Below, in pieces: positions 48,895 to 58,602 of a stretch of 64,000 nt of DNA (its first letter is position 1; the number at the start of each line of letters is the position of its first letter). This DNA comes from a bacterium. Its GTDB lineage: Bacteria; Patescibacteriota; Saccharimonadia; Saccharimonadales; AWTP1-31. The DNA lies in assembly GCA_030426125.1 (NCBI GenBank), contig JAUHZB010000004.1, positions 9,253 through 73,252 of the forward strand, written 5' to 3'. The translations under genes were made by a program, and so were the position numbers. Below the pieces are notes generated by a model, which did no database searches, was not told the origin of the DNA, and saw only the letters and a program-made list of their open reading frames with translations.

Positions 48895-50070
48895 ATGGGG
48901 AGTATTAGTTTTAAAAAAGTTCTAGCTGCTATTGTGCTGGTTAGCTTAATTTTTTTCGTTGGCGTTCAAGCTGGCAGAGGCAATGTTTCTTTTGGTGGGG
49001 TTTCAAATTCTGCTAATAGCAATCTACCGGAAGATATAGATTATTCGAGTGTTGAAGAACTCTACGACAGCCTACGCAAGCAGTACGATGGACAGTTGGA
49101 TTACCAGAAGTTATTGGATGGTTTGAAGTCTGGCTTAGCCTCAGCTAGTGGCGATCCATATACCGAATATCTAAGCAGTCAGCAAGCTGAGCAGTTTGAA
49201 GCTGACCTTAATGGAAGCTTTGAAGGAATTGGCGCAGAGCTAAGCAAGAAAGACCAATTTGTGGTAATCGTGGCACCGATAAAAGATACCCCGGCAGATA
49301 AAGCTGGCTTACGCCCAAATGACAAAATTAGTAAAATTGATGATCAAAATGCGTTTGGTATAACAATCGAAGAAGCGGTTAACAAAATACGCGGACCTAA
49401 AGGAACTAAGGTGAAACTGACAATTATTCGAGACGATAAACAACAAGATATTGAAATTGTTCGCGACACTATTAATGTACCAAGCGTGGAGAGCAGTGTT
49501 AAGGAAGGTATTGGCTATTTAACAATCTATAGATTTGCCAATGACACTTCAGCTTTAGCTAGAAAAGCAGCCAGAGAATTCAAGCAGGCTAATGTTGCGG
49601 GGGTAGTGTTAGATCTAAGGAGCAATCCAGGTGGCTATTTAGACTCTGCTGTTAATGTATCTAGTATTTGGCTTCAAGATAAGGTCGTATTGCGTGAAAA
49701 GCGTGGCGATGTGGTCATTAAAACATATAACAGCAATGGCCAAGCAACCTTGGCTGGCATTCCCACGGTTGTATTAATAAATGAGGGTAGCGCTAGTGCC
49801 AGTGAGATAACCGCAGGCGCTTTAAAGGACCATGGCGTGGCTACACTGATCGGTGAGAAGAGTTATGGTAAGGGTAGCGTTCAGCAACCAGAGCGCTTGG
49901 ACGCTGGTGGGCTACTAAAAGTGACAATAGCTCGGTGGTACACACCAAACGATAAAAACATCGACAAAGAAGGCATACAACCAGACAAGAAAGTCGAGAT
50001 AACCGAAGAGGATATTGAAGCTGGTCGCGATCCTCAGTTGCAGGCAGCAACCAAGTTTTTGCAAAAATAG
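48895..50070 (+). CDS. S41 family carboxyl-terminal protease (CtpA/Prc-like)
   Basis: DPYT, GIGA, PDZ, DLRSNPGG, SASASE, GKGSVQ. Confidence 0.94.
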   Translation: MGSISFKKVLAAIVLVSLIFFVGVQAGRGNVSFGGVSNSANSNLPEDIDYSSVEELYDSLRKQYDGQLDYQKLLDGLKSGLASASGDPYTEYLSSQQAEQFEADLNGSFEGIGAELSKKDQFVVIVAPIKDTPADKAGLRPNDKISKIDDQNAFGITIEEAVNKIRGPKGTKVKLTIIRDDKQQDIEIVRDTINVPSVESSVKEGIGYLTIYRFANDTSALARKAAREFKQANVAGVVLDLRSNPGGYLDSAVNVSSIWLQDKVVLREKRGDVVIKTYNSNGQATLAGIPTVVLINEGSASASEITAGALKDHGVATLIGEKSYGKGSVQQPERLDAGGLLKVTIARWYTPNDKNIDKEGIQPDKKVEITEEDIEAGRDPQLQAATKFLQK

Positions 50071-50134
50071 TCTTAAAAAAGTTTAAACATTTAGGACAAT
50101 CTGCTAGTATCTAATGTATAAAGGGAGATAGGTT

Positions 50135-51739
50135 TTGGCGAAGCCAGTTAAGTACGTATTTGTTACAGGTGGAGTTCTTTCAGGATTAGGAAAGGGTATT
50201 ACCGCCGCCTCCATCGGAAACATACTTAAGGCTCGCGGACTTAAAGTAAACATCCAGAAACTTGATCCTTATCTAAATGTTGATGCTGGTACACTAAACC
50301 CTTCTGAACATGGAGAATGTTTTGTAACGAGAGACGGGGCTGAAACTGATTTAGACCTCGGTCATTATGAAAGGTTCTTAAATATTGAGCTAACTTCTAG
50401 TAGCTCGGTAATGAGTGGTAGAGTGCTACGTAATCTAATTGATGATGAGCGGCGCGGTAAATTCCTAGGTAAAACAGTCCAACTAGTTCCACATTTCACT
50501 GAAGCTATAATTGACACCGTTAAAGAAGCGGCCAAGGGTTTTGACGTACATATTGTTGAAATTGGTGGAACCGTTGGTGATTACGAGAGTCCAGCCTTTT
50601 ATGAAGCGATTCGAGAACTCGGTAGTGAAGTCGGGCCTCAAAACTGTTTGTATGTTCAAGTGGTTTACATGCCGTACCTTTCAACCAGTAAAGAAATTAA
50701 GACAAAGCCAGCCCAGAACGCAGTTCGTAGCCTAAGAAGTATGGGGATAATACCAGACGTATTGGCCGCTAGAAGTGAAATGCCAACTAATGGTCATACC
50801 AAAGAGAAGCTAAGTTCTTTTTGTGGTGTAGATAAGGAAGGAATTGCTATCCTGCCGAATGCCCGGACGGTTTATGAGGTGCCACTAACTCTTGAAGAGC
50901 AGGGTATTGGCCGCTATATTATGGAAAAATTAAACCTCAAGAATAAGAAGCCACAGTTGAACGACTGGAAGAAGATGGTTGATACTATCGTTGCCGATAG
51001 AAAGCCAAAGTATAAGATTGGGGTGGTAGCAAAATATCTGGATAACCAAGACACCTATATGTCGGTATTTGAGGCCCTAAGAGCTGCTTCATGGCGGTTT
51101 AATGCCGACGTTGAGATTATTTGGGTAGATGCTGAAAAATTAGCTAAAACACAGAGCTATGTAAGTGTATTAGATGACCTAGATGGAATTGTAGTTCCAG
51201 GTGGTTTTGGTATTCGTGGTGTTGAAGGTAAGGTTATAGCTGCAAGGTATGCACTAAAGAATAATATTCCTTACCTAGGACTATGTTTAGGTATGCAGGT
51301 GGCTGTAATTGCGGCAGCAAGAAATGCTGGTTTAAGTGAAGCTACTTCAGAAGAGTTAGATCCAACAGCTAAAGACCTTGTGATCTACACTATGGCTGAT
51401 CAAAAAGGCAAAGAAAATACTGGTGGAACTATGAGGCTAGGTAATTATGACTGTAAGCTAACTAAGGGTAGCAAGAGTGCTAAGCTGTATAAAAAGCAGC
51501 TGATAGTTGAACGACATCGACACCGTTATGAAGCAAACAACCAATACATTGATCAATATACAGATTGGGGAATCGAAGCGACTGGAAAATCTCCAGACGG
51601 TAGGCTAGTTGAAATAATAGAAGCTACAGACCACAGATTTTTTGTTGCAAGCCAATTTCATCCGGAATTTACTTCTAGACCGAATGTACCACACCCATTG
51701 TTCTTAGGATTTATTGAGAGTTTAAGTACTAAAAAGTAG
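50135..51739 (+). CDS. pyrG: CTP synthase
   Basis: GGVLSGLGKG, KTKP.Q, GLCLGMQ, ERHRHRYE, QFHPEF; TTG start. Confidence 0.98.
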   Translation: MAKPVKYVFVTGGVLSGLGKGITAASIGNILKARGLKVNIQKLDPYLNVDAGTLNPSEHGECFVTRDGAETDLDLGHYERFLNIELTSSSSVMSGRVLRNLIDDERRGKFLGKTVQLVPHFTEAIIDTVKEAAKGFDVHIVEIGGTVGDYESPAFYEAIRELGSEVGPQNCLYVQVVYMPYLSTSKEIKTKPAQNAVRSLRSMGIIPDVLAARSEMPTNGHTKEKLSSFCGVDKEGIAILPNARTVYEVPLTLEEQGIGRYIMEKLNLKNKKPQLNDWKKMVDTIVADRKPKYKIGVVAKYLDNQDTYMSVFEALRAASWRFNADVEIIWVDAEKLAKTQSYVSVLDDLDGIVVPGGFGIRGVEGKVIAARYALKNNIPYLGLCLGMQVAVIAAARNAGLSEATSEELDPTAKDLVIYTMADQKGKENTGGTMRLGNYDCKLTKGSKSAKLYKKQLIVERHRHRYEANNQYIDQYTDWGIEATGKSPDGRLVEIIEATDHRFFVASQFHPEFTSRPNVPHPLFLGFIESLSTKK

Positions 51740-51775
51740 TTGCTAAACATTTAATTTTATACTAGGATAAGCACT

Positions 51776-52162
51776 ATGGAAGAACAAACTAAAAAGCACA
51801 AAATATTACTAGTAGAAGATGATGATGCCTTAGCTAGTGTTTACCAAACTCGTTTGCAGGCCGAAGGCTTCGATATAAAGCGAGAGCCAAATGGCGAGCA
51901 AGCACTTGATAGTGCAAAAGAATATAAGCCGGACCTAATTGTATTAGATGTAATGATGCCTAAAGTTAGCGGTTTTGACGTTCTAGATATCCTTAAAAAC
52001 ACTCCGGAGACTGCAAACATTAAGATTGTGATGCTTACAGCTCTTAGTCAGGATAGCGACAAGGAAAGAGCTCAAAGCCTAGGCGCCGATGATTACTTGG
52101 TTAAATCTCAAGTTGTTATTGCTGACGTTGTTGAGAAGATTAAGCAACATTTAGCTGCTTAA
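51776..52162 (+). CDS. Single-domain response regulator (canonical receiver)
   Basis: LVEDD, LDVMMP (phosphoacceptor Asp), LT, YLVK. Confidence 0.92.
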   Translation: MEEQTKKHKILLVEDDDALASVYQTRLQAEGFDIKREPNGEQALDSAKEYKPDLIVLDVMMPKVSGFDVLDILKNTPETANIKIVMLTALSQDSDKERAQSLGADDYLVKSQVVIADVVEKIKQHLAA

Positions 52163-52234
52163 TATATATTGATAAATTTATAGCAGGATTCTAATTTAAT
52201 AACCCCGGGACCCAGGGCTATTTTTGTTTTCATA

Positions 52235-52263
52235 TTGACGTTTATGCTTATTCGTGCTAGAGT
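52235..52263 (+). promoter_or_regulatory. Sigma70-type promoter of the 52309 gene
   Basis: TTGACG-17 nt-TAGAGT with extended TG. Confidence 0.65.
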
Positions 52264-52308
52264 AGTGTAGTAAATTACAAAAACAAAAATAAAAAAAAGG
52301 AAATAATT

Positions 52309-52608
52309 ATGAGTAGCGAAATGCCACCAATACAACCAGCAGATCAACAGCCTGTAGCAGACCCAAATCAGGTTGCTGAACAAGAAACACAAGGACAGCA
52401 ACCAGCCGAATATACTCCACAAGATGATGGATTAGATAGTCTTTTTGATCCTAAGCACGAGGGTAGTGTTGAAGCTGCTGCAAGAGATCCACGACCTACT
52501 CCCGATCCTGCAGCAATTGAAGCTCAGCAACAAATGGATGTATCGGCAGCTGACCGTTTAAATAGAGAAGATGCCGGTTTGGATCCAAGAGTTCATGATC
52601 TGACATAG
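52309..52608 (+). CDS. Small acidic P/Q/D-rich hypothetical protein
   Basis: 99-aa ORF bounded by its own promoter, AAGGA RBS and terminator. Confidence 0.7.
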   Translation: MSSEMPPIQPADQQPVADPNQVAEQETQGQQPAEYTPQDDGLDSLFDPKHEGSVEAAARDPRPTPDPAAIEAQQQMDVSAADRLNREDAGLDPRVHDLT

Positions 52609-52635
52609 TCGCCATCCGATAAGTGGGCACTAAAT

Positions 52636-52670
52636 AAAACCCCTAGATGATTTTCTAGGGGTTTTTGTTT
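52636..52670. terminator. Bidirectional intrinsic terminator
   Basis: AAAACCCCTAGA-TGATTT-TCTAGGGGTTTT between convergent genes. Confidence 0.85.
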
Positions 52671-52690
52671 AGTTTGAGTAGTTTGAGTAT

Positions 52691-52963
52691 TTATTCTACA
52701 GTTACTTCAGTTCGCTTAACTGATTTACCGCTAAATAGTCTTACTCTTCGTTCGTTAAACTTAACGATACCGTCTTTGGCAGCGTGAATAGTGTAGTTTC
52801 GGCTTAGTTTAGTGCCTTTACCAGCTCTTTTAGTTAGACCAACTTGTCTGACGATGATTTCACCAACACTAACTTTTTGGCCACCAAATAGCTTAACACC
52901 AAGTCTTTGACCTTGGCTATCTCTGTTGTTCTTGCTAGTACCACCAGCTTTTACATGACTCAT
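52691..52963 (-). CDS. rpmA: 50S ribosomal protein L27
   Basis: MSHVKAGG..N.RDS.G.RLGVK, IIVRQ. Confidence 0.96.
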   Translation of the reverse strand: MSHVKAGGTSKNNRDSQGQRLGVKLFGGQKVSVGEIIVRQVGLTKRAGKGTKLSRNYTIHAAKDGIVKFNERRVRLFSGKSVKRTEVTVE

Positions 52964-52983
52964 TGATGACCTCTAATTACTTA

Positions 52984-54177
52984 TTAATTATCTGCTTTAT
53001 TTAATATTACAAGCTCACGTCCAACTATTTGATCTTCTCGTCTGTATATCAATTTAGACTTAACGTGAACAAAACTCGCTTCAGTATACCCGATTTCCTC
53101 GAGGTGGTCAAGGACTGGAAGATGAATATATTGGTTTTTTATTCGCCACACTGGGACGGCTAGAGCCAGGGGGGTGCCAGGCTTTATTTGGCTGGCAATA
53201 TTTTCTAAGAATTTTTTATGAATATGGTTACAATCCTGGACGATTTTTTGCATTGTAGCAGTGTCAGGCTCGCTAGAAAGCGGTCTTCCAAGGTAGGTTT
53301 CACCGGCAACAACATCGAATGGTTGATCCCATCTGTCCTTCATTGCGTCTCTAAGTTCCAGGGTGAAATTTATCGGCTGATTGGTGTTATCGGCTAACCA
53401 CTCTAAGTTTTCCCGAGAATAATCTATCATTCGCTGGTCTATGTCAGTACCATAAGTTTTAAAACCCATTAAGCTGGCTTCTTGGAGTATCACACCGGTA
53501 CCACAGAAGGGGTCGAGTAGGGTTTTGGTCTCGTTGCCGGCGGGACCACGATCCGCCAGATTTACTATTGTTTGAGCTAATTTGGGTGGTAACATGCCAA
53601 CTTTGGAGTCTCTCTTTGGTCGTTGGTGGTCTCTGGCTGAATAGGCATCGATATCTTGTTCTTTTTTAGTAACTGCAATGATACTGTTTTGCTGACTGCC
53701 AATTACTATTATCTCTAGGCCCAGATCACTGGTTAATTTGTTGTATAGAACCTGGGCACTGTTTAAAGACAGAGCTTTATTAGGAATAATTCTAACTGAT
53801 CTACCGCTGTTTTTTATATCTTTTTTAAGGCTGAACATAGAGCGATTTAAGCTAGCAAGATCACAGCTGACGTTGTATATGCTAATCCCTAACTTTAGTT
53901 TACCCTCCGGTAAATTTTGAGCGTACTGTGGTATAGCTTCCTTTAATGAAGCAAGTAATTCTGGCCACCTCCTAGAGTTCACGACAGTGAGTTGCTGGGC
54001 TAGCTTGATACTTCCACCTAGACGCTGGAAGTCCACTTTTTCACACGGTAGTTCTAGCCGGGCGACATTTTCGCCGATTGGTTGCAGTTTTTCGGGTCCG
54101 TATAGTGCTTCCAGTTCGGCAATGGCTAACTGAGGTTGCCTACCTAGGATCAATATAGAGCTGTTATTATTATCCAT
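52984..54177 (-). CDS. Trm11/TrmG10-like SAM-dependent methyltransferase
   Basis: GMLPPKLA, LLDPFCGTG, GTDID; start 54177 lies 8 nt after TATAAT. Confidence 0.8.
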   Translation of the reverse strand: MDNNNSSILILGRQPQLAIAELEALYGPEKLQPIGENVARLELPCEKVDFQRLGGSIKLAQQLTVVNSRRWPELLASLKEAIPQYAQNLPEGKLKLGISIYNVSCDLASLNRSMFSLKKDIKNSGRSVRIIPNKALSLNSAQVLYNKLTSDLGLEIIVIGSQQNSIIAVTKKEQDIDAYSARDHQRPKRDSKVGMLPPKLAQTIVNLADRGPAGNETKTLLDPFCGTGVILQEASLMGFKTYGTDIDQRMIDYSRENLEWLADNTNQPINFTLELRDAMKDRWDQPFDVVAGETYLGRPLSSEPDTATMQKIVQDCNHIHKKFLENIASQIKPGTPLALAVPVWRIKNQYIHLPVLDHLEEIGYTEASFVHVKSKLIYRREDQIVGRELVILNKADN

Positions 54178-54278
54178 CGCCATCCATTATATGGAACAAG
54201 CTGTCTTCTACCTAATCTAGTATAGCTTGCGGTAGATTTATGGCCTCGATCGTCTTGGTGTATAGTTTATATATACTT

Positions 54279-55313
54279 ATGAGCAAACAAACCAAGGCCA
54301 GATGGAAGATAATATTTAATTTAGTGATTTTTTTTGGGTTTATCGGTTTAATTTATGCGCTCAGAGAACAAATAGTAGACAGTATTCAACAGATAGATAA
54401 GGTCGATTGGCGAGTATTACTGCTTTTGCCAGTCTGGCAGGCCTTAAACTACCACGCCTATGCCAAACAGAACCAGCAATTATTTGCTATTTTGGGCTAC
54501 CACATAAAGTATAAGTTTCTGTACCGGGTGAATCTTGAGCTCAATTTTGTAAATCTAGTATTACCTAGTGGTGGGTTATCCGGTTTTTCCTATTTTAGTC
54601 TTCGAATGAAAGACCGAAAAGTTAGCGGTACTAGCGCTTCCTTGGTAAATTTACTTAGATTTGTGCTAGTTTTCATTACTTTCCAGGTCATTTTATTCTT
54701 AGCGCTAATAATGCTTAGTTTTAGTGGGCAGGTTAACGGATTTATCCTGTTAGTTGGTGGTTCATTGTCGACGTTAATAATGGTTGGTACGCTTATCGTC
54801 GGTTTTATCATTGGTAGCAATCGCCGGATAAACTTATTCTTTGGCTTCATTACCAAGGTTTTGAATCGCTTAATTCATTTCTTTAGACCAAAACATCCGG
54901 AAACTATCAATGTGGCTAGAGCCAAGCAGGCTTTTGAGGATTTACATAATAATTACTTGATAGTTAAGCGCAACTATATGGATCTTAAGATGCCTATTAT
55001 TTGGTCGTTGGTGGCAAATATAACCGAAATATTAACAATCTATAGCGTATACATAGCTTTCGGTCAGTGGGTGAATCCGGGCGCGGTAATCCTAGCCTTT
55101 GCAGTAGCTAATTTTGCTGGTTTTTTGTCAGTTCTACCGAGTGGGCTAGGTGTTTACGAAGCCTTAATGACTGCCGTACTAGCTGTTGGTGGTATCCCGC
55201 CAAGCCTCAGTATTCCGGTAACTGTAATGTATCGAGTTCTTAGTATTGGAATTCAGGTTATTCCAGGGTATTACTTGTACTATACTCGCAAGAAATCCGT
55301 TCAGGCTAAATAG
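54279..55313 (+). CDS. Lysylphosphatidylglycerol synthase TM / UPF0104 flippase-like membrane protein
   Basis: NLVLPSGG, LPSGLGVYEA, YR motifs; multi-TM. Confidence 0.85.
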   Translation: MSKQTKARWKIIFNLVIFFGFIGLIYALREQIVDSIQQIDKVDWRVLLLLPVWQALNYHAYAKQNQQLFAILGYHIKYKFLYRVNLELNFVNLVLPSGGLSGFSYFSLRMKDRKVSGTSASLVNLLRFVLVFITFQVILFLALIMLSFSGQVNGFILLVGGSLSTLIMVGTLIVGFIIGSNRRINLFFGFITKVLNRLIHFFRPKHPETINVARAKQAFEDLHNNYLIVKRNYMDLKMPIIWSLVANITEILTIYSVYIAFGQWVNPGAVILAFAVANFAGFLSVLPSGLGVYEALMTAVLAVGGIPPSLSIPVTVMYRVLSIGIQVIPGYYLYYTRKKSVQAK

Positions 55314-55316
55314 TTT

Positions 55317-56447
55317 ATGCAAGAAGAGATTGTATTCCAAGTTAGCGATTTCGTAGATGTGTTTAATCAGACGATTGAGTACGCTTATCCGTCAGTAGTT
55401 ATTGAAGGTGAGGTGGCTAATTTCAAAGTTAGTAAGGGCAAATGGGTATACTTCGACCTCAAAGATGAGTTTTCTTCGGTGAAATTCTTTGGCTCCCTGT
55501 ATAATCTGCCGGGCCCGATCGAAGACGGATTAATGGTCAAAGTATTAGGTAGCCCCAGGCTGCATAATCTGTTTGGATTTAGTGTTAATTTTCGGGTGAT
55601 TAGTGCGGTTGGTGAGGGTAGTATTAAGAAAGCATCCGATCTGCTAAGGGCTAAACTGGAAAAAGAAGGTCTATTTGAAGCCGATAGAAAACGACCACTT
55701 AGTCGTTATCCGCAAAGGATTGGCCTGATAACCTCCTTAGAGTCAGCTGCTTATAAAGATTTTATCAAGGTATTAGATAACCGTTGGGTGGGTTTAGAGA
55801 TCGAGGTATACAATGTTGGTGTTCAGGGTTTGGCGGCTGTTGAACAAAACATAAAAGCCATTGAATATTTTAATAACCAGCAAACTGAATATGATGTCTT
55901 GGTGATCACTAGGGGCGGGGGTAGTAAAGACGATCTAAGCGTTTATGATGACGAAAGCTTAGTAAGGGCTGTAGCTAACAGCAAGATTGCAACTATGGTC
56001 GCCGTGGGTCATGAGGTTGACATCAGTCTGGCAGAACTAGTGGCTGATAAGCGAGCTAGCACTCCAAGCAATGCAGCCGAGCTATTAGTTCCGGATAAAA
56101 GAGAGCTGATAAGCGATATTCAGCTAACTCGCAAACAACTTGATAGCACACTGAAATTGCAAATTACCAACAAGCTCCAAGAGCTAGTGCAAATAAGACA
56201 AGGCTTAAATCAAGCTATTAATTCTAAATTGGCTAGTCTGCGAGCTGAGCAAGATAGTAATAGACGTCTTTTAGAGGCTCTTGACCCAACAAATGTGCTC
56301 CGTCGGGGGTTTGCTATAGTTCGAGCTGGGGGCAAAGTTGTCAGGGGCTTAGAAAGCCTAAACCAGCAACAAAAGATTGCTATTGAATTAGCTGATGGTG
56401 AAATCGAGGCAACAATAAATAAGATCAACCTAAGAAAGAAGGGATAA
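55317..56447 (+). CDS. xseA: Exodeoxyribonuclease VII large subunit
   Basis: YFDLKD, RGGGS.DDL, VGHEVD, TPSNAAE, LRRGF. Confidence 0.96.
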   Translation: MQEEIVFQVSDFVDVFNQTIEYAYPSVVIEGEVANFKVSKGKWVYFDLKDEFSSVKFFGSLYNLPGPIEDGLMVKVLGSPRLHNLFGFSVNFRVISAVGEGSIKKASDLLRAKLEKEGLFEADRKRPLSRYPQRIGLITSLESAAYKDFIKVLDNRWVGLEIEVYNVGVQGLAAVEQNIKAIEYFNNQQTEYDVLVITRGGGSKDDLSVYDDESLVRAVANSKIATMVAVGHEVDISLAELVADKRASTPSNAAELLVPDKRELISDIQLTRKQLDSTLKLQITNKLQELVQIRQGLNQAINSKLASLRAEQDSNRRLLEALDPTNVLRRGFAIVRAGGKVVRGLESLNQQQKIAIELADGEIEATINKINLRKKG

Positions 56448-56449
56448 CT

Positions 56450-56659
56450 ATGGCCAAGAAAAAAATTAATTACCAGGAGACGCAAGCTAAACTACAGAGT
56501 TTGTTAGCTGAGCTGCAAGGTGACCAGCTTTCTATTGATGAGCATCTTGAAAAATACCAGGAAGCCCATCGTCTAGTCGATGAATTAGAAGATTATTTAC
56601 TGCAAAGTAAAAATAAAATAACTGAAATAATTGATAAGCAGGCTAAAAATAACCAATAA
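56450..56659 (+). CDS. xseB: Exodeoxyribonuclease VII small subunit
   Basis: 69-aa helical protein directly after xseA, LSIDE.L..Y. Confidence 0.85.
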   Translation: MAKKKINYQETQAKLQSLLAELQGDQLSIDEHLEKYQEAHRLVDELEDYLLQSKNKITEIIDKQAKNNQ

Positions 56660-56689
56660 AATCCTAAAAAATGTGATAACATAACCAGT

Positions 56690-57352
56690 ATGAAAAGATT
56701 AAATAACTCTGGTAAGGTTGATGTCTGGTTAATCGGTTTTATTCTGACAACTTTGCTATTTATTGGGGCCTCTAGCTTTGCCGTCTGGGCCTATATGGGT
56801 CGTCAGGACTACAAGGATAACGTCGATCAGAAAATTAGCGTGGCGGTTAAAGAGGCTAATGAAGAGCTTGAAGCTAAAAAAGAAGCCGAGTTTATCGAGC
56901 GAGAGAAGAAACCACTTAGAACCTATAACGGTCCGGCTGCTTACGGTAGTTTAACTGTAAAGTATCCAAAAACCTGGTCTGTTTACGCTGATGAGACAGG
57001 CAGTGGTGGTACAGCTGTAAGTGGCTATATGCAGCCGAAATTTGTTCCGGGCATTAAATCTGGTAATAACTACGCGCTACGCTTTGAGGTCGTGGAGCGA
57101 GATTATGCATCTGAGGTGAAGAAGCTAGCTGACGGAGTTAAAAAGGGCACAGTTAGAGCAAAACCTTATCGTTCCAAGAGTGATCCCAGCAGTATTGGAA
57201 TGCGCTACGAAGGTGAGATTGCTAAAGACAAGCAAGGTGTACTGATACTATTACCACTTAGAGATAAAACTATTAGATTGTGGACCGAAGCCAATCAGTT
57301 TGTAGGTGATTACAATACAATAATCTTGCCGAACTTTAGTTACATTCCTTAG
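56690..57352 (+). CDS. Hypothetical membrane-anchored surface protein
   Basis: N-terminal TM after NNSG, short coiled coil, globular domain with YPKTW. Confidence 0.75.
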   Translation: MKRLNNSGKVDVWLIGFILTTLLFIGASSFAVWAYMGRQDYKDNVDQKISVAVKEANEELEAKKEAEFIEREKKPLRTYNGPAAYGSLTVKYPKTWSVYADETGSGGTAVSGYMQPKFVPGIKSGNNYALRFEVVERDYASEVKKLADGVKKGTVRAKPYRSKSDPSSIGMRYEGEIAKDKQGVLILLPLRDKTIRLWTEANQFVGDYNTIILPNFSYIP

Positions 57353-57473
57353 GTCAGTTAACTCGTCACAAAACAATAAATTACAATAGCTTAGCTGCGC
57401 CTAAATGCTATACTACCCAGTACACACGAGATGTAAGCACAATATAACCAAAGATAATGGGGCAGAGGGATTT

Positions 57474-58220
57474 ATGGATCAACTAGCTAAGAGTAAATGG
57501 CTAAATGAACAAAAAATGTATTCAGCTTCAAACGATGCTTCATTACCGATATTTACCTATATAGCTGAGAATCTGCGCAGTGAACTCCACAAGTTTAGCT
57601 CTGGTGTCGAATATGCCCAGATTACAGGGGATCTCAAGGGGTTAGATGGGCCAAAATACTCCGCTCAAGCAATGCTTAAATTGATAGAATGTTATCTAGA
57701 TTACATCGATCAAGTGGAGTCTTTTAAGCAAACAGAACCAGTTTCATTATCTGCTTTATTATCTTCTGTTATGTCGTCTATGAGTGGTTTTGCTAATTGG
57801 CAACAGTGTGATTTAGATCTGCAGGTTATGGGAAAATATCAGCCTGTTATGGCAAATCGGGAAGTATTAAAGACAGTGTTAACTAGCTTGAGCAGTATAT
57901 TAATACTGGCGCAGAGTGAGATCGTCCACCGCACAAGACCAGTAGTAACTTTTGTAGTCAGAAAGACAAAAGCAGGCATTTCAGCTGGCATCTATTCCAG
58001 TGTCAATGCAATCGATAGTAAAACTTTAAAAACAGCTCGCCAGCTTTACGGCAAACCAGGCAATCCAACTAGTAAGTCGCTTAGTAATGGCAGTGCCGGG
58101 CTGTTTATGGCTGATTCATTGCTGGGAAAAATGTCAAATGGGCTAAAGGTATCGAAGTTTAATAATATGCAAGGGCTATCTGCTAATTTTGAAGTAAGTC
58201 AGCAGATTGCTTTAGTGTAG
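57474..58220 (+). CDS. Degenerate histidine-kinase-like (HATPase-fold) protein
   Basis: PVMANREVLKTVLTSL (N-box-like) and SAGLFMADSLL (G2-like); precedes a receiver gene. Confidence 0.6.
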   Translation: MDQLAKSKWLNEQKMYSASNDASLPIFTYIAENLRSELHKFSSGVEYAQITGDLKGLDGPKYSAQAMLKLIECYLDYIDQVESFKQTEPVSLSALLSSVMSSMSGFANWQQCDLDLQVMGKYQPVMANREVLKTVLTSLSSILILAQSEIVHRTRPVVTFVVRKTKAGISAGIYSSVNAIDSKTLKTARQLYGKPGNPTSKSLSNGSAGLFMADSLLGKMSNGLKVSKFNNMQGLSANFEVSQQIALV

Positions 58221-58225
58221 TTACT

Positions 58226-58600
58226 ATGAAAAAGATACTGATCGTGGAACCAGATAATGAACTAGGTAAACAGTATCAAAGTTTAGTTATCGGGCAGGGT
58301 TACCAAGCAAAGCTGGCTCAAAGTTCTGATGATGCTCTGAGTCTGATCGATAGCTATTCTCCGGATGTAGTTGTTTTGGAACTGCAGATGATTGAGCACA
58401 ATGGCTTGGAGCTACTATATGAGCTCAGGTCATACGTGGACTGGGATGATATCAAGATAGTATTGAATACCTCCGTGAAACAGTCTTTACTAAAAAAGTC
58501 GCCAGTTTACAGTCGGCTAAATATAGCCAAATACCTGTATAAACCCGACACCCCGCCCAGCAAATTATTAAGCGCTATCGAATCGGTTGTTAGTAGTTAG
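58226..58600 (+). CDS. Atypical single-domain receiver (pseudo response regulator)
   Basis: KILIVEPD, PDVVVLELQM..HNGLELL, YLYKP. Confidence 0.85.
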   Translation: MKKILIVEPDNELGKQYQSLVIGQGYQAKLAQSSDDALSLIDSYSPDVVVLELQMIEHNGLELLYELRSYVDWDDIKIVLNTSVKQSLLKKSPVYSRLNIAKYLYKPDTPPSKLLSAIESVVSS

Positions 58601-58602
58601 TT

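Noticed and set aside
50100..50134. pyrG reiterative-transcription attenuator
   Set aside because: Leader is too short, with no 5' GGGC and no terminator hairpin
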